Of a DNA stretch of 64,000 nt, positions 44,401 through 57,200 are shown piece by piece. Below the pieces are notes generated by a model. It was not told the origin of the DNA, did not search any database, and saw only the letters and a list, made by a program, of their open reading frames with translations. Origin of the DNA: the human T2T-CHM13v2.0 reference genome, Homo sapiens. The position numbers and the translations under genes are program-made. Positions within the stretch are counted from its first letter, which is position 1; each line of letters begins with the position of its first letter. The stretch lies in NCBI RefSeq assembly GCF_009914755.1, contig NC_060946.1; one strand, written 5' to 3'.

Positions 44401-47400
44401 TTCCATTAAACTCCATTCCACTCCATTCCATTCCAATCCCCTCCACTATATTCCATTCAGTTCCACCCCACTCCACTATACTCCATTCATTTCTAATCCA
44501 TTCCACTCCATTCCATTCCATTCTGCTCCACTTAGTTCTATTCCACTCCACTCCATTCCATTCCACTCCATTCCATTCCACTACACTCCATTCCATTACA
44601 CTGAACTCTATTCCACTCCACTCTGTTCCACTCCACTCCATTGCTCTCCAATCCATTCCATTCCATTGCTTCCCACTCCATTACATTCCACTCCACTCCA
44701 CTTCATTCCATTACACTCCACTCCATTCCACTCCATTCCATTACACTCCACTCCAATCAAATCCATTTCATCCCATTCCTTTGCATTCCTTTCTACTCCA
44801 CTCCACTCCATTCCACTCCACTCCACTCCATTCCACTCCACTCCATTATTTGCACTCGATTCCATTCCAATCTACTCTATTCTACTCCATTCCAATACAT
44901 TGCATTCCACTCCACTCCATTCCATTCCATTCCATTCCATTCCATTCCATTCCATTCCATTCCATTCCATTCAATTCCACTTCAATCCAGTGCACTCCAA
45001 TCCATTCCACTCCATTCCACTCCATTCTATTCCATTCCACTGCATTCCACTCTACTCTATCCCACTCCACTCCTTTCCATTCCACTCCATTCCATTCCAG
45101 TCCACTCCACTCCTCTCCACTCAACTCCATTCCAATCCATTCCATTCCATTCCACTCGATTCCATTCCAGTCCACTCCATTCTATTCCATTCCATTCCAA
45201 TACACTCCACTCCATTCCACTCCACTCCATTCCATTTCACTCCACTCCTTTATATTCCATTCCACCCCGTTCCATTCCATTCCACTGCACTCCACTCCAT
45301 TCCACTGCACTGCAGTCCATTCCACTTCAGTCCATTCCATTCCACTATTCCCCACTCCACTCCACTCCACTCCATTCCATTCCACTCCACTCCCATCTAC
45401 TCCACTGCATTTCATTCAAGTCCACTCCATTTTTTTCCATTCCACTCCAATCCACTCCACTCCTTTCCAATCCACTCTATTCCACTACATTCCATTCCAT
45501 TGCTTTCCCCTCAATTCTTGTCCACTTCACTCAATTCCACTCCAGTCCATTCCATTCCACTCCAATCCACTCCACTCCTTTCCAATCCACTCTATTCCAC
45601 TACATTCCATTCCATTGCTTTCCCCTCAATTCTTGTCCACTTCACTCAATTCCAATCCAGTCCATTCCATTCCACTCTACTCCACTTCATTCCATTTCAT
45701 TCCACTCCACTCCACTCCACTCTAATCCACTCCATTCCATTCCATTCCATTTCATTCCACTCCACTCCACTCTAATCCATTCCACTCCATTCCTTTCCAA
45801 TCCACTCAATTCCATTCCACTCCACTTCATTCCATTCCACTCCATTACTCTCCACTCCACTTCATTCCACTCCACTCTTTTCCATTCCACTCCACTCCAT
45901 TCCGTTTCTTTCCCCTCCATTCCATTCCACTCCACTCCATTCCATTCCATTCCATTCCTTTCCTCTCCACTCTAATCCATTCCAATACACTGCATTTCAC
46001 TCCACTTCCTTCCATTCCATTCCTTTCCACTCCATTCCATTCCACTGCAATCCTTTCCATTCCACTCGTCTCCATTCCATTCCACTCGTCTCTATTCCCC
46101 TCCTTTCCATTTCACTCCACTGTACTCCATTCTATTCCAATCGTCTTCATTCCAGTCCACTCCAGTCTATTCCACTGCTCTCCATCACTCTCCAATGTTT
46201 TCCATTCCATTCCATTCCATTCCATTCCATTCCATTCCATTCGATTCGACTCCACTCCTTTTGACTGCATTCCCCTACATTCCATTCCATTCTACTCCAC
46301 TAAATTGTACTCCACTCCACTCCATTCCATTCCTTTCATGGTCATTCCATTCCATTCAATTGCATTCCTTTCCACAATACTCCATTCTACTCATCTCCAC
46401 TCGGTTCCACTCCACTGCATTCCATTCCACTCAACTCCATTCCACTCCACTACTTCCCATTCAATTCCACTCCCTTCCATTGCACTCCACTACATTCCAT
46501 TCCACTGCTCTCCGTTTAACTCCATTCCATTCTAGGCAACACAACTCCATTCCACTCCACTCCACTTCATTCTTTTTCATTACATTCTATCCAACCCACG
46601 CCATTCCATTCCATTCCATTCCATTTCACTACACTCCATTCCACTCTACTCCTCTCCACTCTATTCCACTCCTTTAATCTCCATTTCATTCCATTTCACC
46701 TCATACCACTCCACTCCGCAACATTCCACTCCATTCCACTCCAATCCAGTCCACCCCATTCCATTCCACACCGCTCCAGTCCACTTCACTCCATTCCACC
46801 TCATTTCACTCCACTCCATTGCATTCCATACAATTCTATTTGACTTCCACTCCACTCCACTCCACTCCATTACGTTCCACCAAATTGCATTCCATTCCAT
46901 GCCACTCTATTACATTCAATTCCACTCCATTCCATTCCACTACACTCCCATCCACTACATTCCACTCCATTCCATTCCCCTCCCTTCCACGCCGCTCTAC
47001 TCCCCTCCACTTCACTTCGTTCCATTCCATTCCTTGCCATTCCATTCCATTCCGTTTTATTCCATTCCACTCCAATCCATTCCAATTAACTCCACTCCGT
47101 TCCACTCCACTCGATGCCATTCCACTCCACTCGATTCCATTTAATTCCACTCCACACCACTCCCCTTCATTTCACTCCACTCTTCTCCACTCTTATACAC
47201 TCCACCCCAATCCATTCCACTCCGTTAGTTTCTATTCCAATCCAATCCACTACATTCTTGTCCACTCGATTCCATTCCACTCCATTCCATTCCATTACAT
47301 TTCATTTCATTCCACTCCATTCCATTTCATTCCATTGCATTCCATTCCAGCCCACTCCATTCCACTCCATTGCATTCCACTCTACTACATTCCATACCAT

Positions 47401-48200
47401 TTCATTCCACTCCATTACATTACATTCCACTCCATTCCATTCCACTGCACTCCACTCCATTCCATTCCATTGTATTCCATTCAAATCCACTCCACTAAAT
47501 TATTTTCCATTCCATTCCACTCCATTCCATTCTACTCCACCCCACTCCACTCAATTCCATTCCATTCCACTCCTTCTATTCCATTCCACTGCATTCCACT
47601 CCACTCCATTCCATTCCACTCCACTCCACTCCATTCCACTCCATTCCACCCCAATCCTCTCCCCTCCATTCCTTTCCACTGCATCCCAATCCACTCCATT
47701 CCATTACACTCCAATCCATTCCATTACACTTCACGCCAATCCATTCCACCCCACTCCATTGCATTCCATTCTATTCCACTCTACTCCATTCTGTTCAATT
47801 CCATTTCACTCCACTCCAATCCACTCCACTTCACTCCATTCCACTCCATTCTATTCCATTCGATTGCATTCCATTCCACTGCAATCCTCTCCACTCCACT
47901 CCATGCCTTTCTACTCCGTTCCATTCCTTTCGATTCCATTGCATTCCATTTGATTCCACTCCATTCCATTGTACTTCATTCCATTCCACTCCACACCATT
48001 TAATTCCACTTCATCCATCCGCTTTCCGACACATTCCACTCCACTCCAGTCCACTCCCATCCACTCCACTCCATTCCTCCCCACTCCACTCCATTCCACT
48101 CCATTCCACTCTTTTCCATTCCACTGTATTCCCTTCCAGTCCACTCTGCTCCAATCGACTCCATTTTATTCCAATATACTCCATTCCTTTCCACTCCATC
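35411..48200 (+). repeat. Diverged satellite III (HSat3), CATTC/CACTC pentamers, no Alu cassette
   Basis: Continuous degenerate 5-mers with the C-rich strand on +. CACTC (GGAGT) variants are very frequent. No obvious long-range periodicity by eye. Confidence 0.96.
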
Positions 48201-48208
48201 TGCCTCAC

Positions 48209-51200
48209 TATAACTATTCTCTAGGATCTGACCACAGGGTGCTTTGTGACATATCCCTGCAATGATCACCGAGGTGATATACCACTTGCCAAGGCTCTGC
48301 CTACAGGGGCATTGCAATGTATCTCTGCACTGATCACCTAGGTCTTGTAACTCTTTTCTAGGATCTGCCTACAGGGTGCCTTGTGACGTATCCCAGCAAG
48401 GATTACCCAGGTGATGTACCTCTCATCAAGGCTCTGCCTACAGCCACATTGCGATGTATCTCTGCACTGATCACCGAGGTCATGTAAGTTTTGTCTAGGC
48501 TCTGCCTACGATGGCATTGTGACATATCTCTGCACTAATCACCCAAGTGATGTAACTCTTGTCTAGGATCTGCCTAAATTAACTTTGTGACATAACCCTG
48601 TACTGATCATCCAGGTGATGGGGCTTTTGTCTGGGCTCTGCCTAAGGGGGCATTGTGACATATTTCTGCATTGAGCACCCAGGTGGCAAACTCTTCTCTT
48701 GCATCTGCCTATGGGGGCAATGTGACAAATCTCTGCACTGATCACCCAGGTGATGTAACTGTTGTGTAACCTCTGCCTACAGGGGAATTGTGAGAGATCT
48801 CGCCACTGATGAACCAAGTGATGAAACCATTGTCTAGGCTTTGCGTACAGGGGGCTTTGTGACATTCCTTTGCACTGATCACCCAGGTGATGTAACACAT
48901 CTAAGTTCGGCCTAAAGGAGCTTTGTGACATATCTTTGCACAGATCACTTAGGTGATGTAACACTTTTATAAACACTGCCTACAGGGAATTTTGACAAAT
49001 CTCTGCACTGATCACCTAGGTGATGTCACTCTTGTCTACCCTCTGTCCAACGGGACATTGTGAAATATCTCTGCACTGATCACCCAGGTGATTCAACTCT
49101 TGACTAGGATCTGCCTACAGAGGTTATTGTGAAATATCTCTGCACTGATAAACTAGGTGGTGTAACCCTTGTCCAAGTTCTGCCTACAGGGGCGTTGTCA
49201 CATATCCCTGAACTGATGACAAAGGTGATGTAGCTCTTGCCTAGGCTTTGCCTACAGGGGACATTGGACATATATCTGCACTGATCACCCAGGTGATGCA
49301 ACTCTTGCCTAGGCTTTGCCTACAGGGGACATTGTGACATATCTCTGCACTGATCTCCCAGGTGCTGTAACTTTAGTCTAGGCTCTGGCTACACGGCATT
49401 GTGACATATCACTGCACTGATCACCCAGGTGATATAACACATGACTAGGCTCTGCCTACAATGGTCTTGTGACATATCTCTGCACTGATCACACAGGTGA
49501 TATAACTCTTCTCTAGGATCTGCCTACAGGGTGCTTTGTGACATATCCCTGCACTGATCACCCAGGTGATCTAACTCTGGTCTAAGCTCCGCCTAAAGGG
49601 GCATTGTGACAGATCTCTGCACTGATCACTCAGGTGATGTAACTATTGCGTAGGCTCTGATTAAAGGGGCCTTGTCACATATCTCTGCACTGATCACCCA
49701 GGTGATGTAACTCTTGTATAGCCTCTGCTTCCACGGCATATTGTGACATATCTATGCACTGATCACCTTAGTGATGTAACAGCTGTGTAGGCTCGGCCTA
49801 CTCGGGAATCTTGCCATATCTCTGCACTGTTAACCGAGGTGATTGAACTCTTGTCTAGGCTGTGCCCACAGGGGGATTGAGACATATCTCTGCACTGATC
49901 CCGAGGTGATCCAACTCTTGCCTGGTCTCTGCCTACTGGGGACATTGTGACATATCTCTGCACTGATCTCCCAGGTGCTATAACTTTAGTCTAGGCTCTG
50001 GCTACACGGCATTGTGACATATGACTGCACTGATTACCCAGGCGATATAACTCTTGTCTCGGCTCTGCCTACAATGGTCTTGTGACATATCTCTGCACTG
50101 ATCACCTAGGTGATATATCTCTTCTCTAGGATCAGACCACAGGGTGCTTTGTTACATATCCCTGTAATGATCACCCAGGGGTATACCACTTGCCAAATCT
50201 CTGCCTACAGGGGCATTGTAATATATCTCTGCACTGATCACCTAGGTCTTGTAACTCTTTTCTAGGATCTGCCTACAGGGTGCTTTGTGAAGTATCCCAG
50301 CAAGGATTACCCAGGTGTTGTACCTCTCATCAAGGCTCTGCCTACAGGCACATTGCGATGTATCTCTGCACTGATCACCGAGGTCATGTAAGTTTTGTCT
50401 AGGCTCTGCCTACGATGGCATTGTGACATATCTCTGCACTAATCATCCAAGTGATGTAACTCTTGTCTAGGATCTGCCTAAATTAACTTTCTGACATAAC
50501 CCTGTACTGATCATCCAGGTGATGGGGCTTTTGTCTAGACTCTGCCTAAGGGGGCATTGTGACATATTTCTGCATTGAGCACCCAGGTGACGAACTCTTC
50601 TCTCGCATCTACCTATGGGGGCATTGTGACAAATCTCTGCACTGATCACCCAGGTGTCGTAACTGTTGTGTAACCTCTGCCTACAGGGGAATTGTGAGAG
50701 ATCTCGCCACTGATCACCCAAGTGATGGAACCATTGTCTAGGCTTTGCGTCCAGGGGGCTTTGTGACATACCTTTGCACTGATCACCCAGGTGATGTAAC
50801 ACATCTAAGTTCGGCCTAAAGGAGCTTTGTGACATATCTCTGCACTGATCACTTTGGTGATGTAACACTTTTATAAGCACTGCCTACAGGGAATTTTGAC
50901 AAATCTGTACACTGATCACCTAGGTGATGTAACTCTTGTCTACCCTCTGTCCAACGGGGCATTGTGAAATATCTCTGCACTGATCACCCAGGTGATTCAA
51001 CTCTTGACTAGGATCTGCCTACAGAGGTTATTGTGAAATATCTCTGCACTGATAAACTAGGTGGTGTAACCCTTGTCCAAGTTCTGCCTACAGGGGCGTT
51101 TTCACATATCCCTGAACTGATGACAAAGGTGATGTAGCTCTTGCCTAGGCTTTGCCTACAGGGGACATTGGACATATATCTGCACTGATCACCCAGGTGA

Positions 51201-54200
51201 TGCAACTCTTGCCTAGGCTTTGCCTACAGGGGACATTGTGACATATCTCTTCAATGATCACCCATGTGATGCAACTCTTGCCTAGGCTTTGCCTACAGGG
51301 GACATTGTGACATATCTCTGCACTGATTTCCCAGGTGCTGTAACTTTAGGCTAGGCTCTGGCTACACGGCATTGTGACATATCACTGCAATGATCAACCA
51401 GGTGATATAACCCCTGTATAGGCTCTGCCTACAGGGGGCTTGTGACATATGTCTGCACGGATCACCCAGGTGATATAGCTCTTCTCTAGGATCTGCCGAC
51501 AGGGTGCTTTGTGACATATCCCTGCACTGATCACCCAGGTGATCTAACTCTGGTCTAAGCTCTTCCTAAAGGGGCATTGTGACAGATCTCTGCACTGATC
51601 ACTCAGGTGATGTAACTGTTGTCTAGGCTCTGCTTCAAGAGGCCTTGTCACAAATCTCTGCACTGATCACCCAGGTGATGTAACTCTTGTCTAGGCTCTG
51701 CTTCCAGGGCATATTGTGACATATCTATGCACTGTTCACCTTAGTGATGTAACACTTGTGTAGGCTCGGCCTACAGGGGAATCTTGACATATCTCTGCAC
51801 TGTTAACCGAGGTGATTTAACTCTTCTCTAGGTTGTGCCCAAAGGGGGATTGAGACATATCTCTGCACTGATCCCGAGGTGATCCAACTCTTGACTGGTC
51901 TCTGCCTACTGGGGAAATTGTGACATATCTCTGCACTGATCTCCCTTGTGCTGCAACTATAGTCTAGGCTCTGGCTACACGACATTGTGACATATCAATG
52001 CACTGATCACATAGGTGATATAACTCTGGTCTAGGCTCTGCCTACAATGGCCTTGTGACATATCTCTGCACTGATCACCCAGGTGACATAACTATTCTCT
52101 AGGATCTGACCACAGGGTGCTTTGTGACATATCCCTGCAATGATCACCCAGGTGATATACCACTTGCCAAGGCTCTGCCTACAGGGGCATTGCAATGTAT
52201 CTCAGCACTGATCACCTAGGTCTTGTAACTGTTTTCTAGGATCTGCCTACAGGGTGCTTTGTGACGTATCCCAGCAAGGATTACCCAGGTGATGTACCGC
52301 TCATCAAGGCTCTGCCTACAGGCACATTGCGATGTATCTCTGCACTGATCAAATAGGTCATGTAACATTTGTCTAGTCTCTGCCTACGATGGCATTGTGA
52401 CATATTTCTGCACTAATCATCCAAGTGATGTAACTCTTGTCTAGGATCTGCCTACACTAACTTTGTGACATAATCCTGTACAGATCATCCAGGTGATGGG
52501 GTTTTTGTCTAGGCTCTGCCTAAGGAGGCATTGTGACATATTTCTGCATTGATCACCCAGGTGGCGAACTCTTCTCTTGGATCTGCCTATGGGGGCATTG
52601 TGACAAATCTCTGCACTGATCACCCAGGTGCCGTAACTGTTGTGTAACCTCTGCCTACAGGGGAATTGTGAGAGATCTCGCCACTGATCACCCAAGTGAT
52701 GGAACCATTGTCTAGGCTTTGCGAACAGGGGGTTTGTGACATACCTTTGCACTGATCACCCAGGTGATGTAACACATCTAAGTTCGGCCTAAAGGAGCTT
52801 TGTGACATATCTCTGCACTGATCAACCAGGTGATATAACCCCTGTATAGGCTCTGCCTACAGGGGGCTTGTGACATATCTGTGCAAGGATCACCCAGGTG
52901 ATATAGCTCTTCTCTACGATCTGCCTACAGGGTGCTTTGTGTCATATCCCTGCACTGATCACCCAGGTGATCTAACTCTGGTCTAAGCTCTTCCTAAAGG
53001 GACATTGTGACAGATCTCTGCACTGATCACTCAGGTGATGTAACTGTTGTCTAGGCTCTGCTTCAAGAGGCCTTGTCACAAATCTCTGCACTGATCACCC
53101 AGGTGATGTAACTCTTGTCTAGGCTCTGCTTCCAGGGCATATTGTGACATATCTATGCACTGTTCCCCTTAGTGATGTAACACTTGTGTAGGCTCGGCCT
53201 ACAGGGGAATCTTGACATATCTCTGCACTGTTAACCGAGGTGATTTAACCCTTCTCTAGGCTGTGCCCAAAGGGGGATGGAGACATATCTCTGCACTGAT
53301 CCCGAGGTGATCCAACTCTTGCCTGGTCTCTGCCTACTGGGGACATTGTGACATATCTCTGCACTGATCTCCCTTGTGCTGCAACTATAGTCTAGGCTCT
53401 GGCTACACGACATTGTGACATATCAGTGCACTGATCACAAAGGTGATATAACTCTTGTTTTGGCTCTGCCTACAATGGTCTTGTGACATATCTCTGCACT
53501 GATCACCCAGGTGATATAACTATTCTCTAGGATCTGACCACAGGGTGCTTTGTGACATATCCCTGCAATGATCACCCAGGTGATATACCACTTGCCAAGG
53601 CTCTGCCTACAGGGGCATTGCAATGTATCTCAGCACTGATCACCTAGGTCTTGTAACTCTTTTCTAGGATCTGCCTACAGGGTGCTTTGTGACGTATCCC
53701 AGCAAGGATTACCCAGGTGATGTACTGCTCATCAAGGCTCTGCCTACAGGCACATTGCGATGTATCTCTGCACTGATCACCTAGGTCATGTAACATTTGT
53801 CTAGTCTCTGCCTACGATGGCATTGTGACATATTTCTGCACTAATCATCCAAGTGATGTAACTCTTGTCTAGGATCTGCGTACACTAACTTTGTGACATA
53901 ATCCTGTACAGATCATCCAGGTGATGGGGTTTTTGTCTAGGCTCTGCCTAAGGGGGCATTGTGACATATTTCTGCATTGATCACCCAGGTGGCGAACTCT
54001 TCTCTTGGATCTGCCTATGGGGGCATTGTGACAAATCTCTGCACTGATCACCCAGGTGCCGTAACTGTTGTGTAACCTCTGCCTACAGGGGAATTGTGAG
54101 AGATCTCGCCACTGATCACCCAAGTGATGTAACCATTGTCTAGGATTTGCGAACAGGGGGTTTGTGACATACCTTTGCACTGATCACCCAGGTGATGTAA

Positions 54201-57200
54201 CACATCTAAGTTCGGCCTAAAGGAGCTTTGTGACATATCTCTGCACTGATCAACCAGGTGATATAACCCCTCTACAGGCTCTGCCTACAGGGGGCTTGTG
54301 ACATATCTCTGCACGGATCACCCAGGTGATATAGCTCTTCTCTACGATCTGCCTACAGGGTGCTTTGTGACATATGCCTGCACTGATCACCCAGGTGATC
54401 TAACTCTGGTCAAAGCTCTTCCTAAAGGGGCATTGTGACAGATCTCTGCACTGATCACTCAGGTGATGTAACTGTTGTCTAGGCTCTGCTTCAAGGGGCC
54501 TTGTCACAAATCCCTGCACTGATCACCCAGGTGATGTAACTATTGTCTAGGCTCTGCTTCCAGGGCATATTGTGACATATCTATGCACTGTTCACCTTAG
54601 TGATGTAACACTTGTGTAGGCTCGGCCTACAGGGGAATCTTGACATATGTCTACACTGTTAACCGAGGTGATTTAACTCTTCTCTAGGCTGTGCCCACAG
54701 GGGGATTGAGACATATCTCTGCACTGATCCCGAGGTGATCCAACTCTTCCTGGTCTCTGCCTACTGGGGACATTGTGACATATCTCTGCACTGATCTCCC
54801 TTGTGCTGCAAATTTAGTCTAGGCTCTGGCTACACGACATTGTGACATAGCAGTGCACTGATCACATAGGTGATATATCTCTTGTCTAGGCTCTGCCTAC
54901 AATGGTCTTGTGACATATCTCTGCACTGATCACCCAGGTGATATAACTGTTCTCTAGGATCTGACCACAGGGTGCTTTGTGACATATCCCTGCAATGATC
55001 ACCCAGGTGATATACCACTTGCCAAGGCTCTGCCTACAGGGGCATTGCAATGTATCTCAGCACTGATCACCTAGGTCTTGTAACTCTTTTCTAGGATCTG
55101 CCTACAGGGTGCTTTGTGACATATCCCAGCAAGGATTACCCAGGTGATGTACCGCTCATCAAGGCTCTGCCTACAGGCACATTGCGATGTATCTCTGCAC
55201 TGATCACCTAGGTCATGTAACCTTTGTCTAGTCTCTGCCTACGATGGCATTGTGACATATTTCTGCACTAATCCTCCAAGTGATGTAACTCTTGTCTAGG
55301 ATCTGCCTACATTAACTTTGTGACATAATCCTGTACTGATCATCCAGGTGATGGGGTTTTTGTCTAGGCTCTGCCTAAGGGGGCATTGTGACATATTTCT
55401 GCATTGATCACCCAGGTGGCGAACTCTTCTCTTGGATCTGCCTATGGGGGCATTGTGACAAATCTCTGCACTGATCACCCAGGTGTCGTAACTGTTGTGT
55501 AACCTCTGCCTACAGGGGAATTGTGAGAGATCTCGCCACTGATCACCCAAGTGATGTAACCATTTTCTAGGCTTTGCGTACAGGGGGCTTTGTGACATAC
55601 CTTTGCACTGATCACCCAGGTGATGTAACACATCTAAGTTCGGCCTAAAGGAGCTTTGTGACATATCTCTGCACTGATCACTTTGGTGATGTAACACTTT
55701 TATAAGCACTGCCTACAGGGAATTTTGACAAATCTGTACACTGATCACCTAGGTGATGTAACTCTTGTCTACCCTCTGTCCAACGGGACATTGTGAAATA
55801 TCTCTGCACTGATGACCCAGGTGATTCAACTCTTGACTAGGATCTGCCTACAGAGGTTATTGTGAAATATCTCTGCACTGATAAACTAGGTGGTGTAACC
55901 CTTGTCCAAGTTCTGCCTACAGGGGCGTTTTCACATATCCCTGAACTGATGACAAAGGTGATGTAGCTCTTGCCTAGGCTTTGCCTACAGGGGACATTGT
56001 ACATATATCTGCATTGATCAACCAGGTGATGCAACTCTTGCCTAGGCTTTGCCTACAGGGGACATTGTGACATATCTCTTCAATGATCACACATGTGATG
56101 CAACTCTTGCCTAGGCTTTGCCTACAGGGGACAGTGTGACATATCTGTGCACTGATTTCCCAGGTTCTGTAACTTTAGGCTAGGCTCTGGCTACACGGCA
56201 TTGTGACATATCACTGCACTGATCAACCACGTGATATAACCCCTGTATAGGCTCTGCCTACAGGGGGCTTGTGACATATCTCTGCACGGATCACCCAGGT
56301 GATATAGCTCTTCTCTAGGATATGCCTACAGGGTGCTTTGTGACATATCCCTGCACTGATCACCCAGGTGATCTAACTCTGGTCTAAGCTCTTCCTAAAG
56401 GGGCATTGTGACAGATCTCTGCACTGATCACTCAGGTGATGTAACTGTTGTCTAGGCTCTGCTTCAAGGGGCCTTGTCACAAATCTCTGCACTGATCACC
56501 CAGGTGATGTAACTCTTGTCTAGGCTCTGCTTCCAGGGCATATTGTGACATATCTATGCACTGATCGCCTTAGTGATGTAACACTTGTGTAGGCTCGGCC
56601 TACAGGGGAATCTTGACATATCTCTGCACTGTTAACCGAGGTGATTTAACTCTTCTCTAGGCTGTGCCCACAGGGGGATTGAGACATATCTCTGCACTGA
56701 TCCCGAGGTGATCCAACTCTTGCCTGGTGTCTGCCTACTGGGGACATTGTGACATATCTCTGCACTGATCTCCCTTGTGCTGCAACTTTAGTCTAGGCTC
56801 TGGCTACACGACATTGTGACATATCAGTGCACTGATCACATAGGTGATATAACTCTTGTCTAGGCTCTGCCTACAATGTTCTTGTGACATATCTCTGCAC
56901 TGATCACCCAGGTGATATAACTATTCTCTAGGATCTGACCACAGGGTGCTTTGTGACATATCCCTGCAATGATCACCCAGGTGATATACCACTAGCCAAG
57001 GCTCTGCCTACAGGGGCATTGCAATGTATCTCAGCACTGATCACCTAGGTCTTGTAACTCTTTTCTAGGATCTGCCTACAGGGTGCTTTGTGACATATCC
57101 CAGCAAGGATTACCCAGGTGATGTACCGCTCATCAAGGCTCTGCCTACAGGCACATTGCGATGTATCTCTGCACTGATCACCTAGGTCATGTAACTTTGT

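Noticed and set aside
25470-48317. Long ORFs up to 811 aa (HSIPF/HSTPL and MEWNG/VEWSG repeats)
   Set aside because: Translation artefacts of stop-poor 5-bp repeats, open in many frames on both strands, with no coding signature.
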